The notes under the pieces are model-generated. The model ran no database searches, had not been told where the DNA came from, and saw nothing but the letters and a program-made list of their open reading frames with translations. Positions 38,010 through 51,433 of a DNA stretch of 64,000 nt are shown piece after piece. The stretch lies in the NCBI RefSeq assembly GCF_020745735.1, contig NC_083409.1:11134978-11198977 (forward strand), read 5' to 3'. The DNA is from Hemiscyllium ocellatum (Eukaryota). A program made the translations under genes and the position numbers. The stretch's first letter is position 1, and every line of letters starts with the position of its first letter.

Positions 38010-38275
38010 CCTGTGTGGAAGAAGGCCATTCAGCCCATCAAGTGCAAGCAGCATTTCACCCAGAACCAGCCCTCTCTCCTAACCCGACACTTCCATGGCC
38101 AATCCAACTAACCTGCACTTCTCTGGACTGAGAGAGGAAACTGAGGCACCCAGAGGAAACCCATGCAGACACAGGGAGAACATGCAACTTCAACGCAGAC
38201 AGTTGCCTGAAGGTGGAATCAAACCCAGGACCCTGGCGCTGTGAGGTAGTGACGCCAGCCAATGTGCCACCCATT
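38010..38275 (-). mobile_element. HE1/V-type SINE, diverged
   Basis: Reverse complement of the SINE core. Confidence 0.7.
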
Positions 38276-40139
38276 ATTCAAATCTGATCAAAATGTCTAA
38301 CCCCTTATTCCCAGACTGGGACTCTGCTTTAGAATCCCCAGGTAGGGGCACATCCTTCCAAAATCTACCTTGTCAGGGCCCTGGAGAATTTGAAATGATT
38401 CAGTGAAATCTCATCCCAGCCTTCTGAATTCTAGGTAATCCTGACCCAGTCCCCTCTCTCAACCATTAGACAATTCCTCAGCTCGTCACATGAACTGTGG
38501 CTGGGTTTGATCATCTCAGTAAGAGTTTCAAGGAGGGAAGGAGAAAGAAAGACTCTTTCTGCTTTGAATCGATGCTAAAAACTGAAAAAGCAGGAAAATA
38601 TTGTCACTAAGTATTGTTCACATACTCCTACTTTTCATCAAAGTGCTGGGTGAGGTTTCTTATGAAATTCAGGAGGTCACTGGTGGTGTCCTTATATTCT
38701 TTATTCCTGCCTTGTCTCTTGTTCATGTCATTGAGGAGAATGGAGTCAACCGAGAAGGAAATGAACAGCAGAGTTTGTTTTCCTCTTGATTAAATTCATC
38801 TTGCTTGCTCCTCTGATCACCTGAAGAAAGGGCGAGACTCTGAAAGAGTATGGTTTTAATAAACCTGTTGTTCTAATAAATCTGGTGTCAGATGATTTTG
38901 GACCTTGTCCTCTGATCACATTCAGATTATTCCCACGAGCACTGCATGTTCTTGCTTCTCCAGGCCAAGAGGTGGCGATCTTGACAATGGATTTGACAAT
39001 GGTCTCCATCAGAGAGGATCCAAAAATCAGGGACAGAGACCAGAGATTACAGGCCCCGCTCTTGCTCCTCAGTCCCAGACCCGAGCACAACGGACCCCTG
39101 GAGTCCCGGGTACCAGTTGTTGCGTCCCGGACCCTGTACATAATCCAAATGGGAAAACTGATCCTTCTGATTTTTCCCGACCTCACCAGGCCTCCACAAT
39201 CATTGAGATTCGTTAAATGCAGCCTTTGCCAATTAAGGACCCTGACTGATGGGAAACAGACTGAAATGGGTCAATAATACAGTGTTGGGGAGTTACAGAT
39301 GCAGATTGCCAAGTGGGAATCAGATGCTGTGGCTCTAACAGAGTTCGGGCGGGACTGGGGATTCCTGGATACAAGGTGTTCAGTAAAGATAGGAAAGAAG
39401 GAAAACTGCGGGAAGTGGTGGGATTGTTCTGGGCCCAGACAGGACTGACCAACATTAGGCCCTGAGATATGATGGAGATGAAGGGTGAACTGTGCCGGGC
39501 TTTAACTCACTGTTACCAGAGTAAAACAGGAATTATCCATTTCACAAGAGAGTAAATGGAACTAACATACCAGGTGCATGTGAAATATCCACCCCATCCC
39601 TGAGAGAGGGGGACAAGAACAGGGACATTCTCAGACAGAAAGGATGCTAAAAATGGTATCACCCCGAGAGTGAAGGGTGAGTGAAGACAGTGACAACGAC
39701 TCCCCCCAGAGAGTGGGGAAAGTAACACTGACACATTTAAAACTGTATTATCACAAGTGAGAATTCAAACAGACACCCACTCCATCACACGGTGCTAAGA
39801 TGCACTGTCCTCAGCAAAACACGTTTAAAAACTTCTTCACAACACGTCGGGGAGAGAAACATTGAAAACTGTATTATCATGAGTGAGAGTCCGTTTGAAA
39901 CAAAGACTATGATGTTAAATGTTCCCAGCCGTAAACAACACTGGTGTATTGACGTCATTATCTTATTAAACAATATTAAAACCTCGGTCAAACATTTTCC
40001 TGCAGACAGTGAATTTAAAATATCAAGAGGCTTTCCCCATTGTTGGTTTGATCAGTGACGTAGCAAGGAAGCAGCAGCTGCCCCATGAACTCCAACAAAA
40101 GAATGAGAACAGGCTCTTCATATGGAGCTGGCTCCCGAG

Positions 40140-41230
40140 AATCCAATTCAACAGCAGGGATCAAAGAACAAGGAGCAATACAGCACAGGAACAGGCCCTT
40201 CGGCCCTTCAAGCCTGTGCTGGCACATTGTGCCCTTCCTCACTGAAACTGTCTTCACCTACAGGATTCATATCCCTATATTCCCTTCCTATTCATGCATT
40301 TGTGCAGGTATTTCTTGAATATTTCTATTATGTCTGCTTCCACCCCTTCCTCTGGCAGTGTGTTCCAGGTATTCAACTCCCGTTGTGTGAAATACTTGCC
40401 ACGCACATCTCTTTTTAATTCCCTCACCCTTTGAACCTCTGTTCCCAATAAGTTACCCCTCCACCCTGGGGAAAAAGCCTCATATTCTCCACTCTACATA
40501 TCCCATTCACAACTTTATAAACTTCTACCAGGACATGCCTCATTTTTCCGCATTCCAGTGAAAACAAACCTTGTCTAACCAACCTTTCTTCAGGACTACT
40601 ATCCGCCATACCAGACAATATCCTGGTAAACATTTTCTGCACCATCTTCAAAACATCCACATCCTTCTGGTAGTGTGGTGACCAGAACTGAGTGCAATAT
40701 TCCAAGTGTGGTCTAACTAATGTTCAATAAAGCTGCAGCATAACTTGTCTATCCTTATAATCAATGCCCCTTCCAATGAAGGCAAGCAGGCCATAAGCCT
40801 TTTTTTATTGCCTTACCTCCCTGTGCTGCCACCTTCAGTGATCTGTCAACATACACACCCAGATCCCTCTGCATATCAATACTCCAAAGGATTCTGCCAT
40901 TCACTGTATAATTCCCACCTGTACATCACCTTTCAAAGTGCATCACCTCTCATTTGGCTGCATTAAACTACATCTGCCATTTTTCTGTCCATGCATCCAA
41001 CTGATATAATATCCTGCTGTATCCTCCGACAATCCTTCTCATTATCTGCAACTCTACCAATCTTTGTATCAACCGTAAACTTACTCATTGGACCAGCTAC
41101 GCTTTGCTTCAAATCATTTATGGACATCATGAACAGGAGAGTTCCCACCACTGATTCCTGTGGAACATCACTAGTCACAGCCCTCCATTCCGAAAAACCG
41201 TTCTTCCAGCGCTACCCTTTGTCTCCTGTG
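40140..41230 (-). mobile_element. Decayed CR1 3' fragment
   Basis: Peptides EYCTQFWSPHYQKDVDVL and DVPQESVVGTLLF...FTVDTKIG. Confidence 0.85.
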
Positions 41231-42484
41231 ACTAACCTAGATCTGTGCCCAATGCTGGGAACATTTTATACAAGACACCTTGTTGCCAGATCGTTACTGC
41301 AACTTTATCCAGTTCATTCAGAAAGAGAAAAAGGACAATGTGCAGATTGTTGAACAGGCCTCTACACCTGGGCCTGAGGCAGGGGCCCAAGCTCCAACAC
41401 ACTGGCCTCACTTCACACCAACCTTCACACAGTGTGGGGTCATGAACTCCGGCCATCAATCCCTCTGGGACCGGGACGGAGTGAGGGAACAGGGACAATG
41501 TCAAAGAGTCAATAAGGAGTAAAGCAAGATGGAGAGAGTGTGTTGGAAAGTGTTTAATGGAGGAAACATTCTTTGTGATACCGACAATACTGACAATGTC
41601 TAATGTATCATAGAATGAAAAAAAGCGCAATCTGAAGACAATCTAAAGTCACATCAATGTATTTCTCTTTGATATATCACAGCATGCAGGACATTTTCAT
41701 TGTGGTATCCTGATTCGAGAGCTGTACTCTCTAAGATTGAGCCGGTTGGATCCTCGCAGAGCCCTAGTTATTTGTACTGTTCAGTAATGTGGGGGTACCG
41801 ATGGTGAACTGGGGTACACCTGACGAAGGAGCAGCGCTTCAAAAACTTGTGATTTCAAATTAACCTGTTAAGCTGGAGCCTGGTGTTGTGTGACTTCTGA
41901 CTTTGTATTGTGCGGGCACAGTGAAACAGCTGTCTTCCAGTAACTATAGAGGACTTGCACTGATGCTGAGGATTATGGGTAATACCTCCTTCCATTAGCC
42001 ACAAACAAACCTGCAGTAATTCCAGTGGATTCCAGTGGGAATGACCTGTCAGTTGCTTCCCAGATATTACTTGGTTCACCATCGCCATCTCCAGGACAAT
42101 TCAGGAAGAGCAACAAATAACCGACTCGTCAACGCCCACCCCATCCCAGGAGAAATCAAAATAAATGGCATACAATTCAAATGGTCAAAATGGTGAGGCT
42201 TGAATTCATCTCTTTGAAAGACTGGAGCCTTGCCCAGAAACAGAGCCTTGAAATGGGTGAACCTGGTTTGTCAGACTGCAAGGTGGTGAATCTGGTTTGT
42301 CAGACTGAAGGGTGGAGTGTCCTTCGGATTAGCAGTGGGATCAGCAAAAAAAATATACGCAAAGATCCAACAAACAGCCATCAAAGCGTGCCAGCAAAGT
42401 ACAAAGATCAGTATTTGAAGCTCCACGTCTCCATCTCCATCCTTGCTTGTTGCTCTTCCAACGTGACTCCTTCCTGACGTGCTT

Positions 42485-42780
42485 TTAGATTACTTACAGT
42501 GTGGAAACAGGCCCTTCGGCCCAACAAGTCCACACCGACCCGCCAAAGCACAATTCACCCATACCCCTAACCTAACACTACGGGCAATTTAGCATGGCCA
42601 ATTCACCTGACCCGCACATCTTTGGACTGTGGGAGGAAACTGGAGCACCCGGAGGAAACCCACGCAGACACGGGGAGAATGTGCAAACTCCACACAGTCA
42701 GCCGCCTGAGGCGGGAATTGAACCCAGGTCCCTGGACTGTGAGGCAGCAGTGCTAACCACTGTGCCACCGTGCCACCGTG
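42485..42780 (-). mobile_element. Young HE1/V-type SINE
   Basis: High identity to the 37181 copy. Confidence 0.9.
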
Positions 42781-43429
42781 CTTTGATTCAAGTCTGCTCC
42801 AATGTTCTCGGATAAAGTAGTTCTGATCTGTGAGTGATCAGGGTTATGTTAAAGAGATATTGAGGCGAAGGACCGATGTCCTTTCGGGAAGGAAATCTGC
42901 CGTCCTTACCTTGTCTGGCCTACACGTGACTCCAGACCCACAGCAATGAGGTTAACTGTTAACCACCTTCTGTAATGGCCGAGCAAGGCCCTCCATTCTA
43001 ACAATCGCTAGGAAGTCTCAGAAACAGAATGAAACTTGATGGACAACCTGGCATCGACCTTGGCACCGGAAACAACATCAAACACAGCCCTGTCAATCCT
43101 GTTGCATCCTCCTTACTAATTTCTGCGGGCTAGTGTCAAATTCAGGAGAGCTGTTTCACAGACTAGACTGACAAGCAACAGCCTGACACAGTCATACTCA
43201 CATAATTATACCGAACAGTCCTAGGCACCACCTTCACCATCCCTTGTGTAGGTCCTGTCCCACCAGCAGGAAAGACTCAGAAGAAGCGATGACACAGTGA
43301 TATAGAGCCAGGAGGGAGTGACCCTGGAAATCCTCAACATTGACCCCAGGCCTGATGAGGTCACATGGCATCAGGCCAGATATGGACAAGGAAACCAGTG
43401 GGTGTCTCATCAGCGGTAGGGATACAATT

Positions 43430-44660
43430 GGAGAAAATTCCGAAGGTCGAATGAATCTCCATATTGGGGTAGTCAGCGCGGCTTTGTCAGAGGGAGTCCA
43501 TGCCCAACAAATCTTTTGGAATTTTGTCGAGAAGGTGACCAGTTGTGTGGATGAGGGAGGTGCAGGAGGTTTATATGAATTTCAGTAAGGCCTTTGACAA
43601 GGTTGTACTCGGGAGAATGATAAAGAAGATATACAAGGCTATGGGACCCATGGTAACTTGGCAAGTTGGATCCAAACTTGGCTTTGTGACAGGTGACAGA
43701 AGGTGATGCTAGAAGGCTGTTTGTGTGACTGGGTCGAGGGTGCAGTGGGATATCACAGGGATCAGTGTTGGGTCCCAAATTGCTCGTGATATACAGGAAC
43801 AATGCCGAAGGGAATGTGGAGGTGGATGATAACTGGGTTTGTGCTTGATGTGAAGATTGGTCAGATGGTTGACAGTGAAGAAGAAGGTTTTCAGTTACAG
43901 CAGGATATAACCAGATTGGTCAGATGGGCAGATCAGAGGACGATGGAATTCAAACCAGAAAAATGTGAGGTGATGCACTTTTGAAGATGTAAAATGCTAA
44001 CAGGGCAGTTATGAAGGCGATCGGGGGGTACTTGCCTTAATCATTTTAGGTGGAGACTAAAAGAGCATGGAGGATATGTTAGAGCAATACAAAACAGTAG
44101 TTAGGCCATAGCTGGAGCAATGTGTGCAGTTGTAGTCTCCGCACTGCAGGAGGGATGTGATTACACTAGAGGGGGTGCAGAGGAGATTCACCAGAATGTT
44201 CCCAGGGATGGAACATTTCAGATGTGAAGAGGATGAATAAGCTCCTGCTGTTTTCTTTGGAGCAGAGAAGGTTTGGGGAGTGGGGGGGATCCTGATGGAG
44301 GGGGACAAGGTTATGAGGGGAATAGACAGGGTGATAGTAAATAGCTGTACCCCTGACTGGGAGGGTCAAGAACAAGTTGGCTCACATTCAATGTGAAAGG
44401 CAGCAGCTTTAGAGGGGATTTGAGGAAACGCTTTTTCACAGAGGGTGGGGGTCGGGAATGCCTGGAAGGAGAGTTGAGGTGGGAAACCTCACAACCTCCA
44501 CAAAGTACTTGGATGAGCACCTGAAATGACTGAACATTTAGGATTATGGGCCCACTTCTGGAATGTGGGTGTTGTGTTGATTTAGTGTTGCGTTGGTGAC
44601 ATAGACCTGATGGGGCGAAGGGCCTCTTCTATTCTGTATGATTCTATGAATTCTCCCGCT
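43430..44660 (+). mobile_element. Decayed CR1 RT/3' fragment
   Basis: Peptides NFVEKVTSCVDEG and MEFKPEKCEVMHF; tail near 44640. Confidence 0.75.
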
Positions 44661-44909
44661 GATTACCATGTACTGTTCTCCCTCGGCTGATGAATCAGTC
44701 TCTCGGCCACGTTGAACACAGAGTGTACACTGGGTGGGGGACTTCAAACTGCACCAGCAAAAAGGGAATTTTAACAAACGGCCATTCTTTTGTTAGGTTT
44801 GTTCTGTATTGGATACAAATGTTCAAACAACTAGTTCTGCTAGTTAATGTTTGGAGAGTTGAAATCCTGCGAAATGGCAGGGACTTAAATTGGTTCTTTT
44901 GTCTTTCAG

Positions 44910-45292
44910 GCCGTGAGAACTCTCAGCCCAAGCTGACCCTGCTGCCCCCTTCCCCAGAGCAGGTCAATGCCAAGGGCACTGCCACCCTGGTGTGCCTTGC
45001 CAATCACTTCTATCCCGATGAGCTGGAGGTGCAGTGGAAGAAGGACGGTGCAGTCATTTCGGACGGGGTTCTGACCAGCAACTACCTGCTGGCTTCGTAC
45101 CGCACCTACAGTGTCAGCAGACTGCTGACCCTCTCTGGGTCTGACTGGGAGTCCAACGCTCACTTCTCCTGTGCCCTCACCCACGTGACCCCTCCCCTCT
45201 CCACTCAGCAAGAGCATCAGGAGATCAGAATATGTGTAGAGTGTTGGAGACAGTCCACAGAGGAGACACAACTTAAAATAGAACAGGGCTGA
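44910..45292 (+). pseudogene. IGKC: Ig kappa-type C exon copy 2; open from the splice acceptor, with a +1 frameshift after the second Cys
   Basis: Acceptor TTTCAG| at 44909. Reads (S)RENSQPKLTLLPPSPEQVNAKGTATLVCLANHFYP...FSCALTHVT. An extra C then gives a 33-aa tail to TGA at 45290-45292. The ancestral stop TAG is at 45237-45239, preceded by GAA TAT GTG (Cys changed to Tyr). Confidence 0.93.
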
Positions 45293-45762
45293 GCTGGCAG
45301 GACAAAGGTAATTGTCAGCACTAAATTTCAGCTCTCTTCCTTCTCAGGACTGGCTCAGAGACACTTCTGAGGTTCAGGGCTCACGCCAGTTCATTGGGAC
45401 AGTGGAGAAGGAGCTTTACTCTGAATCTAAACGTCGCTGTCCTTGTCCAGTGAGTGTTTGATGAGGACAGGGATTACTTGTGATGCCACGTACAATCATT
45501 TGAAGTTGCTGAAGACTGTCAGTTGTACAAAACAATGTGAACCTCAGAAGTCTCTGTTTCAGTAAACCAGATCTCCTTCCTGCTCAGCCGCCAGTTCCAA
45601 TTTAATGTTTTTTCACTGTTTAAAGGGACAGGATTCTCATGTTATTGAGAAAATCTCTGCAAGTGTTTTCCTCAGCCTCCATTGTGACTATGAATGTGTA
45701 CAACTTCCTCTGTCTGGGCTGTTAATTACAGTTTTTTCTGTTGATGACAACTTGGGAAAGGG

Positions 45763-45768
45763 AATAAA
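45763..45768 (+). terminator. Poly(A) signal of C copy 2
   Basis: AATAAA about 525 nt after the ancestral stop, followed by a GT-rich tract; position shared with C3. Confidence 0.7.
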
Positions 45769-45827
45769 CATGAAGATTCAGTCTCTGTCTTGTGAGTGCT
45801 TTGGAAATGTCCCACCGCCCCCTCAGG

Positions 45828-46115
45828 TGATTGGCAGAATGTCAGCAAATGATTGTCATGATTGGCTGCTTGGCCTGTCAATGAATAACACATTGGCTAA
45901 AATTTGGACTGACAGCCAATCATCAATCATTTCCAAGTGATCCCTTTCTTTGGGAATCTGTTGAGTTTACAAGATTCCAAACAAAACAGAAACTGAAAGC
46001 TGCTGGGGCTGAATCATTACAATCTGAGACATTCCCTCTTCAAACTGTTGGTCCAGACTCAGCTGGTATGATCGCACTGTGCCCTCTCTGCTGCTGCTGG
46101 GTAACACCTGAAATG
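45828..46115 (+). promoter_or_regulatory. Conserved non-coding block 3' of C2 (paralog of 26178-26460)
   Basis: Four ATTGG/CCAAT sites, GAAACTGAAA at 45989-45998 and CAGCTG at 46060-46065. Confidence 0.45.
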
Positions 46116-47232
46116 AACTTAGGCCAGTCACAGATGCTGGACGCTGCAGTCGTGACATTCACTTCTCCCACCTGACCCTGTTCCTCACAGCGACAGCTCA
46201 AAACTGAACTGAGTGAGGTCTTAATTCAGAGAGAGCATCAGTCAGGATCTCATGACATACATGCCCCTTATGGGTGTGACATTTACCCAAAACTGTCTGT
46301 TGGTATGTTGGTCAGTGTGGGTGTGACTGCCATTCAATGCTGTCTGTAGGTGTGTGTCTGTCAGTGTGGGTCCCACTGTTACTGTAACAACTGCATAGAG
46401 GCCAGTAGCCCGTCATGTGGAGGGTCCTTGACACTGACCCAGCTCCTTCAGAGGCAGCTCTCAGAGCAAACAGGATGTCTGAAACTCCTGTTTCTTTCTG
46501 ATGTGGTGTCGGACTGCGGTGGACAAGTCAGAATTCACACAACACCAGGTTATAGTTCACCAAGTTTATTTGAAATCAGGTTGCTGCTCCTTACTCATGT
46601 GAAGAATTTCAAAAAAAAATCTGTTGGACTATAACCTGGTGTCATTTGATGTGTGGCTCTGTTTATTTCTGTCAGCCATATCTCCCTGATTGGATCAGAT
46701 TATCCACCCCAATCAGGGAATTAATATTCTGTTAGATCCACTTGGCTGACATACAAGCTTGCGGACAGTACAATCGGACACTCGGATCCTCTTTCCCAAT
46801 CTCAGCCAGCTGGAGATGGTGGAGGGGAGGGGGAGCACATCTTGCTCAGGAGATGGAGCTGTATTCAATTGCCCAGCTCCTAGCCACCCAGTCTGTGAGC
46901 ATACCATACAGTATAACTGATCACACACAGGTCTTTCTGATGGGGTACACAGCATGACCAGCCTGGGCTCTCTGCTTCCAACCAGAATGATGTAGTTTCA
47001 AGGACTGTGCCAGAGATTTGGGAATGGTGTTGTGCTTTAACATTGTGATGTACACAGGAAGGGGAATCCTGCTTTCTCACACGGACAGACTTTTGGATAA
47101 GCCATTAACCCTGTCGAAACACCAGCCCTCTGAGATGAGTGGAAAACTTGCCTTGGGACTAATTTTGAAAAGCAGTGAAGGCCTCCAGTTGCCGACTGTC
47201 ATTTGTTTCTCACAGCCCACCATCATCTAGCA

Positions 47233-47508
47233 GTCTCCACCTCACTCCCCAGTCATGGAGCCTGGGCCCTGGGTCTCCCCCTCACTCCCCAGTCAAGGAG
47301 CCTAGGCCTTGGGTCTCCACCTCACTCCCCAGTCACGGAGCCTGGGCCAGAGTCTCCACCTCAGTGCGCAGTCATGGAGCCTGGACCCTGGTCTCCCCCT
47401 CACTCCCCAGTCACGGACCCTGGGCCTGAGTCTCCACCTCACTCCGCAGTCACGCAGCCTGGACCCTGGTCTACCCCTTACTCCCCAGTCATGGAGCCTG
47501 GATCTCCC
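47233..47508. repeat. 39/40-bp minisatellite, about 7 copies
   Basis: Unit GTCTCCACCTCACTCCCCAGTCATGGAGCCTGGGCCCTG(G). Confidence 0.9.
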
Positions 47509-50500
47509 TCTGTTCCCACCCCCTCCTCCTGTCACAGAATCTGGGACCGAGTCATGAAGTAACTCTCCGTGTCTTGAATGTGCCATCACAGGACAGCAAG
47601 GAAAATCCCAGTTGAAGGAGGGAATGACATGCTGGGCTGCGTTGTCTCGAGGAAGCTGTTCAATATTGAATGGAACCAGCAGGAAAAGGCTGGACACCCA
47701 AGTCTCTGGGCCGTAAGCAAATGGGAATGGGACATGGTACAGGCAGATGCCCAGAGACGGACAATCACATAGAGAAGACCAAACTAGAAATGAGACACTA
47801 ATACACAGTAGGTAGAGTTTAAAGACAGAAAGTGGAAGCTCATGCTCTTCAGTAGGCATAATCAAAATACAGATTATTATTTAAATGGAGAGAGATTCCA
47901 ACAAAGTGCAGTGCAGAGGGATCTGGGTGTTTTTCTGCAAGAAACACAAAAAGTTAGTGCAGGTGCAGCAAGTCATTGAGAATGTGAATGGAATTGAGGC
48001 CCTTATTGCTTGGCTTAGAATGTTAAAGTTGAGAAACCTTGTTATAACTACACAAAGTGTTCGTGAGTCTGCACGTGGAGTACTGTGTGCAGTTTTGGTC
48101 CCTGTACTTACGAAAGCATGGACTGGCATTGGAGTCCTCCTCCTGCTCCTATTTCCCATGGTCTTGTGTGCTCCAGTGCCATTCCCTCAGAGAGAACTGT
48201 TTTGGAGCCAGCCTGCAGTAGCAGCCTCCAGCCTCTGGGTGGTGCCTTGCCCAGCCTCCTGATTCCTCTCTGTATCCAAGGAACAGGAGATTTGACATTT
48301 TGGGCATAAGCCCTTCTTCCTGTTCCTTGGATGCTGCCTGACCTGCTGCGCTTTTTCAGCAACACAGTTTCAGCTCTGATCTCCAGCATCTGCAGACCTC
48401 ACTTTCTCCTCCCAATTCCTCTCCCCAGTCTCCTGCTGCAGCAGGTGGGGAGGTGAGATAATGGACCACTCGGTTATCCTCAATCCCTCCCCCATCTCCC
48501 AAACTCTCCAATCTGGCCTTCCACCTCATGACTGGCAGCTGTGCCTTCAGTCTCCCAGGCCCTCAGCATGGGGATTTCCTCCACAAACCCCTCTCACTTC
48601 TTCAAATGAGCTCTTTGTCTTCTTCTGGTCATCAGCTAAAACACTGTATGTGCCCGACTTTTGGATGGTTCCTACATTAAAGATGTTATGTCAATACAAA
48701 TGGTTATTGTTGCTACTACTGACTAGAAGTCATTTATTGACAGGTTTCACTGATATAAAAGGAAAGGGAGTGACCACTGGCTGTGGAGAGGTGATCATTT
48801 TCAGCCAGCTGTACCATCACCACCAACTCACCAAGCTTTCTTGAGATAGCACCTTCCATCTCAAAGGATATGGGCAACAGACATATAAGGACACCACACC
48901 CTGAAACATCCCCTTCCGGTCACTCACCACCCTGTCTTGGAAATATATCATTATTCCTTCACTGTCACTGGGAAAAAAATCTGGAATTCCCTCCCAAAGA
49001 GCATTGTGGGTCTTTCTACAGTACATGGACTGCAGCAGTTCAAGAAGGCAGTGCACCACCACCTTCACAGGGCAGCTAGCGATGGGTATAAAATGCCAGC
49101 AAAACCAGTGATGGCCACATCTCATGAATGAATTTTAAGAAGCCCCTTTGCTTCGCCATCTCCCTCCTACCCAGCCAATACTCAGGCCTCACTGACTGCT
49201 TGGGTTTTATTTTCCAGCCTCTTCCATTCTCTACTCCGTGTCCTAGCCCCAATGTCCTGGTCAATAGCTTGCTGTTATTGTGGGAGCCTGCTGAGAGTAA
49301 ATGGGCTGATGCATTCCCCACATTACAACATTGTCTCCACATCAGAAGTATTCCATTGACTGTAAACAGCATTGAACATCATGAGCTCATGAATGGTGTA
49401 ACAGAAATACAATTCTCTCTCCTTTTTGTTTCCTCTCCATGCCTTCCCATCTGTCTCCTCACAACATCCCTCCCTTGTTTAAAATCTAGACTGACTCCTA
49501 CTTCTCTGGGAAACATTACACTGCGACAACATTAGAGACTGATGACCACCTTCTCGGTGGGCTTTGAGTGTGAAGGTCAATAACACTCTTATTGGGACTT
49601 GATCTGGGTTGTCTCCAGTCAGTCAGTGTTATTGTTCTGGGGCCAGACAGGACTGACCGACCTTAGACCCTGTGATCTGACTGAGATGGAGGGTGAGCTG
49701 TACCGGGTATTGACACACGGGTCAGTATAGTGAAGCAGGGATTACCCATTTCACAAGAAAGTAAATGGAATTAACAAACCAGGTGCTGTCAAGCCCCTCC
49801 CTGACGCTGAGAGAGTTGGGGGACAGGAACAGTCACATCCTCAGACAGAAAGGATGCTCAAAATGGCATAGCCCCAAAGAGGGAGGGGAGAGGAACAACT
49901 ACACTCCCCTGAGAGAGAGGGGACAGTTACAGTGACACTCTCCAGAGAAAGGAGACAGTGACTGTCTGTTAACCAATTTCTTGTTATGTTCTGATGAATG
50001 ACCTTGGGAGATTGGTTTGGTTTATACTTTCTCAGTTGTATTTGGCTTTGATGAGGTAATTTGTAACAATGATTCCAATTCCATATTTTGTGTGGCAGCA
50101 GATCTACTGAAGGCCATACTTTCATTTGGAGGTTGCCCAGATTTCTGTCCAGGCTGATACAGCATGATCTACCAGTGCTGCTCCTATTGGGCTAATCCAT
50201 CACACACGAGGGAATCTGACAGGCACTTTCTCTTTGTGCTGGCAAAGGGAGAGATTTGCTTTTGCTGCGATGGTGTCCAGAGAAATGGGTCGGTGGAGGT
50301 AATTTTCCTTGAAAGCTGGACGTAGTGGGATGAGAATTCATACACCCACCCACTCCGTCACGTAGTGTTGAAGACGCACTGTCCTCATCAAAACATGTTT
50401 ACAAAGCTCTTCGTAACACGTAAGGGGAGAGAAACATTGAAAACTGTGTTATCACGCGTGAGGGCCCATTAACAACTAGGACCAAGATGTTAAATAATCC

Positions 50501-51433
50501 CGGCACTGATATATTTCTATCATTAGTTTGTTAAGCAATATTAAAATGTCTGTGATCAGAAAGAAAAAACAAAACATTGTGCAGATTGTTGAACAGGCCC
50601 CTACACCTGGGCCTGAGGCAGGAGACCAAGCTCCAACACACTGGCCTCACTTCACACCAACCCTCACACAGTGCGGGGTCATGAACTCTGGCCATCAATC
50701 TCTCAGGGACCGGGACAGAGTAAGGGAACAGGGACAATTGTAGAAGAGTCAATAAGGAGTAAAACAAGATGGAGAGGGTGTTTTGGAGGAGGAAATATAC
50801 TTTGTCCCACTCAGTACTGACATTGTCTATGTGTATCAGAGAATGAATAAAAAAACACACTTTGAAGCCAAACAAATCACAGAGGACATTTCATTGGGGT
50901 GGGATAAATATCCTGGTTCAGAAGCTTTTCCCCCCTCCGTCTCTCTCTCTCTCTCCTCATTTCTCCAGATTGAACCGGTTAGACCCGAGCAGGGCCCCAG
51001 TTCATTTGATCTGTTCAGGGACAGTGGAACAGCTGCCCTCTAGTGGCTATAGAGTGTTGGTACCGCTGCTGAGAACCACGCGTCAAGTCCTGGGCTATGA
51101 GCATCTGAACGAAACAGCAGCCATTCCGGTGGATTCCAGTGGGAATAAGTTATCAGTTGTTTCGGCCTTGTTCCCCAGTCAGTCAATCAGGCCATGGCTG
51201 ACCTGGAACATATTCCCACTTAATTCTGTAACCCTTACCTTCCTAGTAAATGAAAATTGGAGAGTAGACAGACACAAGACAGAGCGAGGGCTCAGAGAAC
51301 ACAGAGAGCTTTCACTCTGCACAGCAAGGCTGTCACGGGAAACATCTGGTGAAAGTCTTGGAAGGTGGTGGGAGGAGAGAGGCATGGAAAAAGAGACCTG
51401 ACAGTTCAAAGTAAAAGCTCAACACATTTTTTT

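Noticed and set aside
38746-39277. Overlapping 103-146 aa ORFs as a novel gene
   Set aside because: No recognisable domain, and they begin within a Penelope-type terminal repeat; there is no support for coding without expression data.
41420-41470. CACAGTG in the conserved island (also at about 50668) as an RSS
   Set aside because: No nonamer at either canonical spacing.
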